Under the pieces are notes generated by a model that saw only the letters and a list, made by a program, of their open reading frames with translations, ran no database searches and was not told where the DNA came from. From contig OZ245002.1 in assembly GCA_965223415.1 (NCBI GenBank), forward strand, positions 2,816,001 to 2,880,000: 64,000 nucleotides of DNA. The letters are read 5' to 3'. Source of the DNA: Myxococcota bacterium (GTDB lineage Bacteria; Myxococcota_A; UBA9160; UBA6930). How positions within the stretch are numbered: position 1 is the stretch's first letter; each line of letters begins with the position of its first letter. Positions 9,179-18,292 of the stretch are shown here, in pieces. The position numbers were made by a program, and so were the translations under genes.

Positions 9179-9737
9179 AGAGCACCTCGTCGATGAGGAG
9201 GTCGATGTCCTCGGCGCCGGGCTCGTAGCTGCCCAGGGCTTCGCCCTGGAGGTCGCCGGGGTTGCGGGTCATGGCGTTGCGGTCGGCGTCGATGCGAACG
9301 GTGAGCTTGAAGGGGCCGGCGAAGGGAAGGGCCTGGATCATGCGGTCGTCGGGTCCGAGCTCGAAGTCGAGCGGGAAGCTCGGGTCGGGGATGCGCTTGA
9401 CGGCGGTGGGCGGACCGCCGGAGCCGGTGCGCGCGATCAGGAACAGGACGGCGCCGGCGGGCACGCGGCCCTCGAGCTCGTTGGCCAGGCGGATCGTTCC
9501 GCGAAGCGGCTCCGCGTCGCTTTCCGTCGCGCGGGCGCCGGCGGGCGGCGGCGCCGGGGGAAGAGCCGCGGCGGGCCCCGGCATCACCGGCGCGCCTGCC
9601 TCGGCGCGCTCCGCACCCTCTGGGAAAATGCGCGAGAGGTCCGGCGCCTCGACCTTCTCGTCGGGATCGTAGGGCTCGACGTTGCGGTGACACCCCAGGG
9701 CGAGGAGCAGCCCGAGGAGCAGGATGGGGACGCGCAT
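9177..9737 (-). CDS. Lipoprotein with CcmI/CycH-type C-terminal Ig-like domain
   Basis: Lipobox LALGC; VLFLIAR..GGPPTAVKR..FPLDFEL..D.M..VRIDADRNAMT..GDLQG resembles the C-terminal domain of cytochrome c maturation factor CcmI. Confidence 0.65.
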   Translation of the reverse strand: MRVPILLLGLLLALGCHRNVEPYDPDEKVEAPDLSRIFPEGAERAEAGAPVMPGPAAALPPAPPPAGARATESDAEPLRGTIRLANELEGRVPAGAVLFLIARTGSGGPPTAVKRIPDPSFPLDFELGPDDRMIQALPFAGPFKLTVRIDADRNAMTRNPGDLQGEALGSYEPGAEDIDLLIDEVL

Positions 9738-9843
9738 CGCGCGGAAGCTAGAGCCCGTCCCAGAAATATCCAGCGTGCCCGTCCTAGGAAGGCCGGTACG
9801 CGTTTCACATTCCTGAGACCGGCTCTAGCGAACCTGCTACGTT

Positions 9844-9940
9844 GGCTTCGGAGCCTAGGGGTGGCCTGCGCGGCGGGCCTGAGAGAAGACCCTTGGAACC
9901 TGATCTCGTTCGCGCGAGCGTAGGGAAGGCTCGGAAGCCG
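9844..9940 (+). promoter_or_regulatory. TPP riboswitch
   Basis: GGGGTG..CTGAGA..ACCC..GAACCTGATC..GCGTAGGGAA core; P1 arms GGCTTCGGAGCCT / AGGCTCGGAAGCC; directly upstream of thiC. Confidence 0.9.
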
Positions 9941-9982
9941 CCTCGGTCCTCCGGCCCACCTCCTCGAGCAAGGAGCTTCGCC

Positions 9983-11722
9983 ATGGCCGGCTTCCCGCTT
10001 CCTCCGTTGGGGCACAACCCGTCCTCGAGCGCCGCAGGCACCACGCCCGGCAGCTTCGCGAACCCGCCGGACATTGGCGGCCCGCTCGCCTTCAGCTCGC
10101 CGGACACGCCGGGCATGCCGCTTCCCTCGGAGAAGACCGCCTGGGATTTCCTCCCGCCGGGCTGGCGCCGGGACGAGGCCAGCGGCTTCGCCGTCGCGCC
10201 GGAGGGCTTCGAGCCCGTCACCCAGCTCGAGCACGCGCGCCTCGGAACGACGACGCCCGAGATGCGCCGCGTCGCCGAGCGCGAGCCACACCTCACGCCC
10301 GAGCAGGTGCGCGACGAGGTCGCCGCCGGCCGCATGGTCATCCCCGCCAACCGCGTCCACCGCAGCTACCGCCTCGACCCGATGGCCATCGGCCGGGCCA
10401 GCCAGACCAAGGTGAACGCCAACATGGGCGCCTCTCCCATCTCCAGCGGCACCGCCGAGGAGGTGGAGAAGCTGCGTTGGGCCGAGCGCTGGCAGGCCGA
10501 CACGGTGATGGATCTCTCGACCGGCGGCGATCTCGATCGCACCCGCGAGGCGATCATCCAGAGCTCGGAGGTGCCGATCGGCACGGTCCCGATCTACTCG
10601 ATGATCCTCGGCCGCAAGATCGAGGACCTCGACGACGCCACCATCCTCGCCTCCCTCGAGCACCAGGCGCGCCAGGGCGTCGACTACTTCACCATCCACG
10701 CTGGCGTGCTGCAGGAGCACCTGCCCTGGGTGGAGAAGCGCCTGATCGGCATCGTCTCCCGCGGCGGGTCCTTGCTGGCCAAGTGGATGATCCACCACGG
10801 CAAGCAGAACCCGATGTACACGCTGTGGGACGAGATCTGCGAGGTGCTGCGGCGCTGGGACGTCACCTTCTCGATCGGCGATGGCCTGCGCCCCGGCGGC
10901 CTGGCCGACGCCAGCGACGCGGCGCAGCTCGGCGAGCTCGAGACCCTGGGCGAGCTGACCGAGCGCGCTTGGCGCCACGGCTGCCAGGTGATGATCGAAG
11001 GGCCGGGCCACATGCCCTTCGACCAGGTCGAGTACAACATGAAGCTGCAGCGCCGGCTGTGCCACGGCGCGCCCTTCTACGTGCTCGGCCCGCTGGTCAC
11101 CGACATCTTCCCGGGCTACGACCACATCACGAGCTGCATCGGCGCCACGGCGGCGGCCTATCACGGCGCGTCGATGCTCTGCTACGTGACGCCAAAGGAG
11201 CACCTCGGCCTTCCCAAGCGCGACGACGTGAAACAGGGCTGCATCGCCTACAAGATCGCCGCCCATGCCGCCGACGTGGCTCTCGGCATCCCCGGCACCC
11301 GCGATCGCGACGACGAGCTCACCAAGGCCCGCGCCGCGCTGAACTGGGAGAAGCACTTCGAGCTCTCCTTCGACCCGGACACGGCCCGCGCCTACCACGA
11401 CGAGGACCTCGACGTGGACACGGACTTCTGCGCCATGTGCGGCCACGACTGGTGCTCGGTCCGCATCAGCAAGGAGTTCACCCAGTTTGTGAGCGGCAAG
11501 GACGAGAGCTACGCCTGGGACAAGCCGAAGATCACCGAGGCGCTCTCGCCCGAGCAGAAGGCGATCCTCGAGAAGCGCGGTGTGCTCGCGCCGGACGAGC
11601 TGCGCCGGCTCGCGTCGAAGACCCGCCACGCCATGGGCGCCGACGAGGGCAAGGCGGCGTGCCACAGCGACGTCTCCTCGGACGAATCCGCCCAGCATCT
11701 CCAGGACGAAGCGGTCGGGTAG
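9983..11722 (+). CDS. thiC: Phosphomethylpyrimidine synthase ThiC
   Basis: [64 protein letters not shown] before ATG 9983. Confidence 0.96.
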   Translation: MAGFPLPPLGHNPSSSAAGTTPGSFANPPDIGGPLAFSSPDTPGMPLPSEKTAWDFLPPGWRRDEASGFAVAPEGFEPVTQLEHARLGTTTPEMRRVAEREPHLTPEQVRDEVAAGRMVIPANRVHRSYRLDPMAIGRASQTKVNANMGASPISSGTAEEVEKLRWAERWQADTVMDLSTGGDLDRTREAIIQSSEVPIGTVPIYSMILGRKIEDLDDATILASLEHQARQGVDYFTIHAGVLQEHLPWVEKRLIGIVSRGGSLLAKWMIHHGKQNPMYTLWDEICEVLRRWDVTFSIGDGLRPGGLADASDAAQLGELETLGELTERAWRHGCQVMIEGPGHMPFDQVEYNMKLQRRLCHGAPFYVLGPLVTDIFPGYDHITSCIGATAAAYHGASMLCYVTPKEHLGLPKRDDVKQGCIAYKIAAHAADVALGIPGTRDRDDELTKARAALNWEKHFELSFDPDTARAYHDEDLDVDTDFCAMCGHDWCSVRISKEFTQFVSGKDESYAWDKPKITEALSPEQKAILEKRGVLAPDELRRLASKTRHAMGADEGKAACHSDVSSDESAQHLQDEAVG

Positions 11723-11792
11723 GCCCGCCGCGGGGTGTGACGGTGACCGGCACCGGGAAGGCAGCGAACCCCATGGGCGAAGCGCGCCAGCC

Positions 11793-12836
11793 GTGACGTC
11801 GGCGACGGAGCCGATCCTGCGACCGGCCGGGGTGAGCCTCGGCGAGCGACTGTCGGTCGGGCCCCTGCGTCTGTGGCTCGTCCTGGCTGTGATGCTGGTC
11901 GGCGCCTTCCTCCTGGTGGCCGGGCTCAGCGGCAACCTCGTGCGAGTCGCCTCCGGCGAGGCTCCGCCCGAGATGGCCCAGGATTTCCGGGTGGGCATCG
12001 TGCTGGCGCTGATGCTCGCCTTCTTGCCGGCGGGCGAGCTGTTCTCGACCCGGCGCGCTCAGCAGAGCCTGGCGCTGCTGGCGCCGCTCCTGCCCCTGGG
12101 TGCCGACGAGCTCGAGGCCCATCGCCTCCAGCTCGAGCGGACCGGCCGCCGAGGCACGCTCCTCGCTGCGGCGGCCGGCGTCACTTTCGTGATGGTGGGC
12201 GGCTTCCTGCCCGAGGCGATCGCCGAGCGAAGCCTGGGCCTCGACCAGCTGGGCGCCATGCCGGCCGCCCACCGCCTGATGGGCATCGCGCTGGGCATGG
12301 CCGCGGGCAGCTCGATCCGCCTGGCGGTGCGCAACTCCCGCCTGCTCGGCCGCTGGGCCGCCGAGCGCGGCCACCTCGACCTGCTCGAGCCGACCGCCTT
12401 CTCACCGCTGGCGCGGCTCGGGCTCACCAACGCCTACGTGAGCGCCGGCGTGGTCTCCCTGACGCTCCTGCTCCTTCCGGACCGCGAGGCCGGCGTCGGG
12501 CTCGGCGCGATGCTCGCCTTCATGATCGCGGTCTCGGTGGTAATGGGCGCGATCGGCCTGGTCCTGCCGATGCTCCCGCTGCGCGAGCGGATCCGCGCCG
12601 AGCGGCAGGCGGAGCTGACCCGATGCAACCGGCGGGTCGCCGAGCTGCGCCGGGGACCGGCGAGTGCCGGCGAGCTGGCCGACGCCATCGCCTACCGCGG
12701 GCTCGTCGAGGACGTCTCGGAGTGGCCGATCGATCTCCCCCAGCTCGGCCGCTTCGGACTGGTGTTCGGCCTGCCGGTGGCATCGTGGGTGGCGGCGGCC
12801 TTCGTCGAGCGGCTGATCGACGCCGCGATGGGATAG
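11793..12836 (+). CDS. Hypothetical multi-pass membrane protein
   Basis: About 7 hydrophobic segments, C-terminal EWP motif, high-GC3 codon pattern; start uncertain. Confidence 0.7.
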   Translation: MTSATEPILRPAGVSLGERLSVGPLRLWLVLAVMLVGAFLLVAGLSGNLVRVASGEAPPEMAQDFRVGIVLALMLAFLPAGELFSTRRAQQSLALLAPLLPLGADELEAHRLQLERTGRRGTLLAAAAGVTFVMVGGFLPEAIAERSLGLDQLGAMPAAHRLMGIALGMAAGSSIRLAVRNSRLLGRWAAERGHLDLLEPTAFSPLARLGLTNAYVSAGVVSLTLLLLPDREAGVGLGAMLAFMIAVSVVMGAIGLVLPMLPLRERIRAERQAELTRCNRRVAELRRGPASAGELADAIAYRGLVEDVSEWPIDLPQLGRFGLVFGLPVASWVAAAFVERLIDAAMG

Positions 12837-12854
12837 GTCCCCAGAAAGAGAACG

Positions 12855-12878
12855 ACCCCGGGACCTTCGTCCCGGGGT
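12855..12878. terminator. 10-bp GC hairpin, possible terminator
   Basis: ACCCCGGGAC-cttc-GTCCCGGGGT just after the stop at 12836; the U-rich tail is only on the minus strand. Confidence 0.35.
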
Positions 12879-12988
12879 GTCCCTAAGACCTCGAACGTCA
12901 CCCCCCCCTGGTTTCGTTCGGATCTTGGGGAACGTTTCGGCATGATGGCGGGGGCCTTGAGGCCTTTCTGCCGGTGAGGTGCATTTTC

Positions 12989-14026
12989 TTGGGTGAGCAG
13001 CTTCGCCTCAGCGATCGGAACCTTCCGGAGTACCTGGCAAGCCTGGGGGTCTTCGGCCCCGATCAGGAGCTCCAGGTCGAGGCGGCCGGGGACGGGAACA
13101 TCAACTGGGTGCGTCGGGCCTCGGTGCCGGGGGGCACCTCCTACATCGTGAAGCAGGCGCGGCCGGCCCTCGAGAAGTTCCCCGAGTACGAGGTGACGAC
13201 CGAGCGGCTGGTCTTGGAGGCGCGCTACCTGGAGCGGGCCCGACCCGTGGACGAGGACCGGGTTTGCCCGGAGGTCGTCGTCTTCGACAGCGACCAGCGG
13301 GTCCTCGTCTTCGAAGACCTCGGAGCGGCGACCCGGCTGGACGAGGCGCTGGCCGAGGGGCGGGACGTCTCCGCCGCGATGCAGACGGTGGCCCGGTTCC
13401 TCTCCCGCGTGCACAGGGCGACCGAGGGCGATGCCGAGCTCCCGGCTTCCTTCGCGAACGACGCGATGCGCCGCCTCCACGGCGATCACATCTTCGTGCT
13501 GCCGTACGAGGAGGAGTTCCCGGCGCCGCCGGCCACCGCGAGGCGCGCAGCCGAGCTGCGCGGCGACCGGGAGCTCGCGGCCATCGCGCGGCGCGCGTAC
13601 GACGCGTACCTGCGCCCGACGGGCCCGCTCGTGCACGCCGACGTGCAGGCGGGCAACCTGCTCCTCCACTCGAGCGGTCCGAAGCTCCTCGACGCGGAGA
13701 TCGCCCACGCCGGGGACCCGGCCTTCGACGTGGGCACCCTGCTCGCGCACCTGGCGCTGCCGGCGGCGGCGCAGGGAACCCCGGAAGACTCGGCGCCGCT
13801 CCTTCGGGCCGTGTGGAGCGCCTACCGCGACGAGCGGGGGACGGGAGCTCCCGCGGCGTCGGACGTCCTGCGCTACGCGGGCCTCGAGCTGATCCGGCGC
13901 ACGATCGGCGCGGCCCGGGTGCGCTTCGTCGAGGAGGACGACGCCGGCCTCGCGGTTCTCGATCTGGGCCTTCGCTGGGCAAGAACGCAAGACGCAAGGA
14001 ACGTCCCCGATCTTGCGCTCTTCTAG
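12989..14026 (+). CDS. APH/choline-kinase-fold phosphotransferase, 5-methylthioribose kinase (MtnK)-like
   Basis: GDGNINWV, IVKQA, LVHADV..GN, LLDAEIA..GDPAFDVG; start at TTG 12989 or GTG 12974. Confidence 0.75.
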   Translation: MGEQLRLSDRNLPEYLASLGVFGPDQELQVEAAGDGNINWVRRASVPGGTSYIVKQARPALEKFPEYEVTTERLVLEARYLERARPVDEDRVCPEVVVFDSDQRVLVFEDLGAATRLDEALAEGRDVSAAMQTVARFLSRVHRATEGDAELPASFANDAMRRLHGDHIFVLPYEEEFPAPPATARRAAELRGDRELAAIARRAYDAYLRPTGPLVHADVQAGNLLLHSSGPKLLDAEIAHAGDPAFDVGTLLAHLALPAAAQGTPEDSAPLLRAVWSAYRDERGTGAPAASDVLRYAGLELIRRTIGAARVRFVEEDDAGLAVLDLGLRWARTQDARNVPDLALF

Positions 14027-15042
14027 TCCTCGAGGTCTTCTTCGAGGATGCCGTCGTCGGGGTGGACGGGGGGCTGGGCGCCGTAGGGGCGCGGGTGGGG
14101 CTCCTGGGCCTCCGTGTCCTCGTCGACCTGGGCCCAGTGGATGCGCTGGTAGTCGAAGCGACCGTCGGCGATGACGTTGAACTTGACGATCTCGAAGTAG
14201 GGAGAGAGGTCGAAATCCCGGGGCGTGAGCAGCGTGGGGTGGCGCATCTTGAACAGCCCGGTGTAGCCGGCGCTCTCGTAGCCGAAGATGCGGCGCAGGA
14301 TGCGCCTGCCACGGGCCGCCTCGGGCGGCTCGGCGCTGGCGTCGAAGCCCTCGGGGAACTCGACGACGGGCAGGATCGGGAATCGCACCTTGTGGAAGGT
14401 GCGCCCCAGGAGGCTCGAGCAGATCACCTCGGTGGGCATGGAGCTGCCGAAGTGGAGGGCGGTGCGCCGGAAGCGGTCGGGGATGATGCGGACCGGGAAC
14501 AGGTAGCGGCCCAGATCGAGGATGTTGCGCAGGTCGTAGCGCCAGCCGATCGCGTCGATCTGGTCCTCGATGACGATCTTCAGATCCTCGGGACGGATGC
14601 GATGGGGCCGGGCGACGCGGATGTTGTAGTCGATGTACTTGTTGACCGGAGAGGCAACCACGCCGTGGGGCAACGCCTCGACGATCAGCCACTCTGCTTC
14701 GTCGCCGAACTGCTCCCGCGCCCGCTCGGCCAGTGGCCCTCCGCGCCTCACCAGCTCGTCGCCGGCGAAGAGCGCTGCGTGGGACCACGAGCTCTGGGTC
14801 AGGTACTTGATGATGGCCGAGACCCGGTTGTCTCCCTCGACCAGCAGCACGTCGCCCTTGCGCAAATGCCTGCGAAGAGCCTGAGGGTCGTTCCACCCGC
14901 GCCGCTCGTAGGTGGCCAACGGCTCGGTGAGGAACTCGACGATTCGATTCGTGATCCAGCGTCGGAGACCCACGCCTTTCCCAATGCCTCCTGGGACCCT
15001 CATCGGAGCCCGGTCGCGCCGGGAAAAGTCCCGGATTTCCAT
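14023..15042 (-). CDS. Permuted papain-like (YiiX/YebB, NlpC/P60) cysteine hydrolase
   Basis: GDVLLVEG...YLTQSSWSHAAL (His) precedes ICSSL (Cys), the permuted catalytic order. Confidence 0.8.
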   Translation of the reverse strand: MEIRDFSRRDRAPMRVPGGIGKGVGLRRWITNRIVEFLTEPLATYERRGWNDPQALRRHLRKGDVLLVEGDNRVSAIIKYLTQSSWSHAALFAGDELVRRGGPLAERAREQFGDEAEWLIVEALPHGVVASPVNKYIDYNIRVARPHRIRPEDLKIVIEDQIDAIGWRYDLRNILDLGRYLFPVRIIPDRFRRTALHFGSSMPTEVICSSLLGRTFHKVRFPILPVVEFPEGFDASAEPPEAARGRRILRRIFGYESAGYTGLFKMRHPTLLTPRDFDLSPYFEIVKFNVIADGRFDYQRIHWAQVDEDTEAQEPHPRPYGAQPPVHPDDGILEEDLED

Positions 15043-15078
15043 GGTCTTCTGCCAGGGGGTCAGGTATCCTTTGCCCCT

Positions 15079-15105
15079 CCTTGAAAAAGTGCTGATTTTT
15101 CAAGG
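15079..15105. promoter_or_regulatory. AT-rich 10-7-10 palindrome between divergent genes (candidate operator)
   Basis: CCTTGAAAAA-gtgctga-TTTTTCAAGG. Confidence 0.45.
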
Positions 15106-15151
15106 GGTTACGCCGATTTGCGCAGCCAGTCGGCAGTGGAGCCTTGCGCCG

Positions 15152-15352
15152 ATGGATGTCAGGATCAAGCTCAACGTCTCGTTCACCGTCTCGGGGAGCG
15201 GCCTCGAGGACGCCCTCGCCGAGTACGACGAGCTGACGGTCGCCGGGATGGTGAGCGAGATCCTCGACAAGGCCATCGCCTGCGACGAGATCCAGGTTGA
15301 CATCGCCGAGGGCCCGAACACCCTCGAAGAGTACGACCAGCAGAGCGGCTGA
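15152..15352 (+). CDS. Small acidic hypothetical protein (66 aa)
   Basis: MDVRIKLNVSFTVSG...EYDQQSG; strong GC3 bias; GGAG upstream. Confidence 0.75.
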   Translation: MDVRIKLNVSFTVSGSGLEDALAEYDELTVAGMVSEILDKAIACDEIQVDIAEGPNTLEEYDQQSG

Positions 15353-15364
15353 GCGAGGCTCCCG

Positions 15365-15802
15365 TCAGAACAGGCTGAGCTGGCGCGGGCCCTCCGGCTT
15401 CGGTGGGTGCTGAGGTCGCGGTCGTGTCAGCGGTGTGGGCTCGGCGAGGGCCGGCCCGCTGGAGCCGGGCTGGTAGATGCCGTGCCGGCGGGCGAACTCG
15501 AGCAGCGTCTGGTTGAAGCGCCGGAAGCGCGGGCCGTGGTTGAAGTGACGCAGGTGCGCGAGCTCGTGGCACAGGGTGGCGACCAGGCTCGAGTACTTGA
15601 GCGGCCTTCCGGTCGTGACGTGACGCAGACGGATCTTGATCGTGCCGTCGTCGTAGCAGATGCCGTAGCGGTTCTTGACGTTGGCTCGCTCCGCCTCGAT
15701 CGCCCGGTAGCGCAGGCCGAAGTGTGCCGCGATGAACGCACCGTCGCGGTTCAATCGCGCCATCAACTGGCGTTTGGTCTTGTGGTCCAGCGGATCCCCC
15801 AC
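15365..15802 (-). CDS. Zinc metalloprotease, YgjP/M48/SprT/WLM-like
   Basis: YGIC..GTIKIRLR; TLCHELAHL...NHGPRF (HExxH plus third His). Confidence 0.8.
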   Translation of the reverse strand: MGDPLDHKTKRQLMARLNRDGAFIAAHFGLRYRAIEAERANVKNRYGICYDDGTIKIRLRHVTTGRPLKYSSLVATLCHELAHLRHFNHGPRFRRFNQTLLEFARRHGIYQPGSSGPALAEPTPLTRPRPQHPPKPEGPRQLSLF

Positions 15803-15852
15803 GCACCAGGAGCATCTCGGCAGCGTCGGGTGCCGTCAAGTATCCTGCTCAT

Positions 15853-16512
15853 GTGTCGACGCAGCAGGCGCCCCTGTTTCCGCTCTCGAACGTGACACTG
15901 TTCCCGCGGGCCAGCGTTCCGCTGCACCTGTTCGAGCCGCGGTACCGCCAGATGATGGAGGCGGCTCTCGAGGGGAATCGGGTGATCGCCATGGCCACCG
16001 CGCGACCGGAGCATGCGAGCGACATGGCCGGCGACCCTCCCGTCTACCCGATCGCCTGCGCCGGCTTCGTCCAGAGCTACCAGAAGCTCGCCGACGGACG
16101 CTTCAACCTCGTCCTCCAGGGGACCCATCGGGTTCGCATCGTGTCGGAGCAGCCGCCGAAAGGTGAACGCCTCTACCGGGTCGGAGAGCTCGAGCCGCTG
16201 GAGGACTCGGTCGTCGATGCGGGGCGTTGCGCCGAGCTGCGCGAGCGGGTCACCGCACACCTGGCCGATCTCGCACGGCAGGCGACCGGCGTCTCCCTGG
16301 AGCACACGGTCGGCCGTCTCCAGACGATGGACCTCGCCGCGTTCACCGACGGCGTCTGCCAGGCCGTGGCCCTGCCGACGACGGAGAAGCAATCGCTGCT
16401 CGAGGCCGACACCCTGGACGATCGGCTGGTGCGGTTGGAGGGAACCCTGGCGTTCCACCGGGCGATGATGGAGCGCGGAGGGGCCGATTCCGGGCCGGAG
16501 ACCGTGCACTGA
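15853..16512 (+). CDS. Stand-alone LON peptidase substrate-binding (N-terminal) domain protein
   Basis: PLFPL..VTLFP..PLHLFEPRYRQM; DGRFNLVLQG; KQSLLE. Confidence 0.9.
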   Translation: MSTQQAPLFPLSNVTLFPRASVPLHLFEPRYRQMMEAALEGNRVIAMATARPEHASDMAGDPPVYPIACAGFVQSYQKLADGRFNLVLQGTHRVRIVSEQPPKGERLYRVGELEPLEDSVVDAGRCAELRERVTAHLADLARQATGVSLEHTVGRLQTMDLAAFTDGVCQAVALPTTEKQSLLEADTLDDRLVRLEGTLAFHRAMMERGGADSGPETVH

Positions 16513-16586
16513 CAGCGATTCTCTGTGGTCGAGAAAATCGTCGAAAAAGGCAGCTTCATTGAGAATGTCGAAGATATCCTCCTCCC

Positions 16587-16749
16587 CTCCCTGGGCCCGG
16601 TGACACCGCAGGCGGTTCACCCAAGCTTCCTCAAGGAGGGCGCGGAACCCCGCGGAGTTGCGGCCCGTTCCGGTATGCAAACAGCGGTTAGCCGGCTCTT
16701 CTGCGGCCTTTTCGGGTGAACCGCGCGCGTGTAGGCCGCACGGCGGGAA
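16587..16749 (+). ncRNA. Candidate structured ncRNA, 6S RNA-like rod with central bubble
   Basis: GCGGTTCACCC (16612-22) pairs perfectly with GGGTGAACCGC (16714-24). Outer stems ACAC/GTGT, GGCC/GGCC, TCCC/GGGA; a 12/12-nt bubble; inner GGAGGGC/GCTCTTC helix; TATCCT -10 box at 16575-80. Folded by hand. Confidence 0.5.
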
Positions 16750-16879
16750 TCGCGGCGGGGAAGATTGCGAAGCTCCGCGACGCATGCTCTACTCCCGGCT
16801 CTTCTGGGGTGAGCGTTGCCGGGTTCCTCCCTACAACCCGGCGGGACCCCCCGGAAACCCCCGATTTCAGGCTGGTCCC

Positions 16880-18292
16880 ATGCATCACCCCCCCAAGGTG
16901 TGGGACGGCGTTCTGACACGCCTCCGCACCCTGATGGCCCCGCTCGCCCTGGAGGCGTGGATCCTTCCGCTCGCCGTGCGGATGGAGGAAGAAGCGGGAG
17001 AGCTGCATCTCCTGGCGCCCGGCTCCTTTCACGAGGCGCGGGTGCGCAGCCGCTACCTGCACACGATCCGTGAGGCCGTCGACCGGGAGTGCGGTGGAGC
17101 GGTGGAGCTGCGCCTGAGCTCCGCCGAGGCGGAGGCGGCGCCGGGCCCCTGCACCGCGGCTCCCCGCTCTCCGGCGCGCCCCGCACCGGAGGCGGGCGAT
17201 CCCCGGCCGGCGCGACCGGTGCAGGCGGAGCTTCTTCACACCTTCGACAGCTTCGTCGTGGGGCCGGAGAACGCCCTCGCGCGGGAGGCGGTGGTCGCCC
17301 TGGCGGGGCGGCGGCAGGCGGGGATCAGTCCGCTCTTCCTGGCCGGCCCGCCGGGCGTCGGCAAGTCGCACCTGGTGCGAGCGCTGGTCGCCGAGGTGGG
17401 CGGTGTCTACGTCTCCGCCGAGGCGTTCACGAACGCCTTCACCGGCGCCCTCCGCCGGCGTGACACCGACGCCTTCAAGCGGCGGTTCCGGGAGTGCACG
17501 CTCCTCGTCGTCGAGGACGTGCAGTTCCTCGAGGGCAAGAACGCCACTCAGAACGAGCTGCACCACACCCTCGAGCACCTCTCGATGGCCGGGCGTCCCG
17601 TGGTGCTCACCGGCGACCGGCTGCCGCGGGAGATGCGCGGGCTGCAGGAGCGGCTCGTCTCCGAGATGACCCGCGGTCTCGTGGCGGAGATCGAGTCGCC
17701 CGAACGCGAGCTGCGCCGGCGCATCGTGAAGACGAAGGCCTCCCGAGGCGGCGTGCGCCTGCCGGAAGCATGCCTCGACCTGCTGGTCGACCGGGCCAGC
17801 GGAAGCGTGCGCGATCTCGAGGGGGCGCTGATCCAGGTGGTCGCCAGCGCGTCGCTGCTCTCGCGGCCGATCGATCGCACGCTCACCGAGGCGGCGCTCC
17901 GCAAGATCACGCCCGCCGAGGCGAGCCCCCTGCGGCTCGACACGGTGGTCGAGCGCGTGGCGAGCTTCTTCGGCGTGAGCCCCACCGAGCTCTCGGGCCG
18001 CAGCCGGCGCAGGACGGTGCTCGTGCCGCGCCAGATCGCCGTCTACCTCGCCCATCGCTACACGAACGCCACCCTCACCGATATCGGCCGCGCGGTCGGA
18101 CGCGACCTTCCCGCCGTGAAGAACGCCGTCCAGGTGGTCGAGCGCGCCATCCTGGAGAAGGCCCCGCTCCGCTACCAGGTGGAGGCGTTGGTGGAGCGGC
18201 TCGGCGTCCCGGCCGGAAGCGACCCGGCGAAGCCGGCCCGCGTGCCCCTCCGGGTGGTGCGGCCCGCTCCAGACCGGCAGGAGCAGGCGTGA
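16880..18292 (+). CDS. dnaA: DnaA-family AAA+ protein (divergent paralogue with domains I, III and IV)
   Basis: TFDSFVVG, PLFLAGPPGVGKSHL, VEDVQFL, LTGDR, VRDLEGAL, PRQIAVYL..IGR..GRD; no dnaN/recF/gyrB adjacent. Confidence 0.85.
   Translation: MHHPPKVWDGVLTRLRTLMAPLALEAWILPLAVRMEEEAGELHLLAPGSFHEARVRSRYLHTIREAVDRECGGAVELRLSSAEAEAAPGPCTAAPRSPARPAPEAGDPRPARPVQAELLHTFDSFVVGPENALAREAVVALAGRRQAGISPLFLAGPPGVGKSHLVRALVAEVGGVYVSAEAFTNAFTGALRRRDTDAFKRRFRECTLLVVEDVQFLEGKNATQNELHHTLEHLSMAGRPVVLTGDRLPREMRGLQERLVSEMTRGLVAEIESPERELRRRIVKTKASRGGVRLPEACLDLLVDRASGSVRDLEGALIQVVASASLLSRPIDRTLTEAALRKITPAEASPLRLDTVVERVASFFGVSPTELSGRSRRRTVLVPRQIAVYLAHRYTNATLTDIGRAVGRDLPAVKNAVQVVERAILEKAPLRYQVEALVERLGVPAGSDPAKPARVPLRVVRPAPDRQEQA

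Noticed and set aside
15079..15105. dif/XerCD site
   Set aside because: The arms do not resemble the XerC/XerD consensus and the spacer is 7 rather than 6 bp; kept only as a candidate operator.
16525..16719. 64-aa ORF in the intergenic gap
   Set aside because: No recognisable motif, weak codon bias, and it overlaps the predicted RNA structure and its promoter.
16513..16879. oriC upstream of the dnaA-like gene
   Set aside because: I saw no TTATCCACA-type boxes or AT-rich unwinding element; the region is better explained by a structured RNA.
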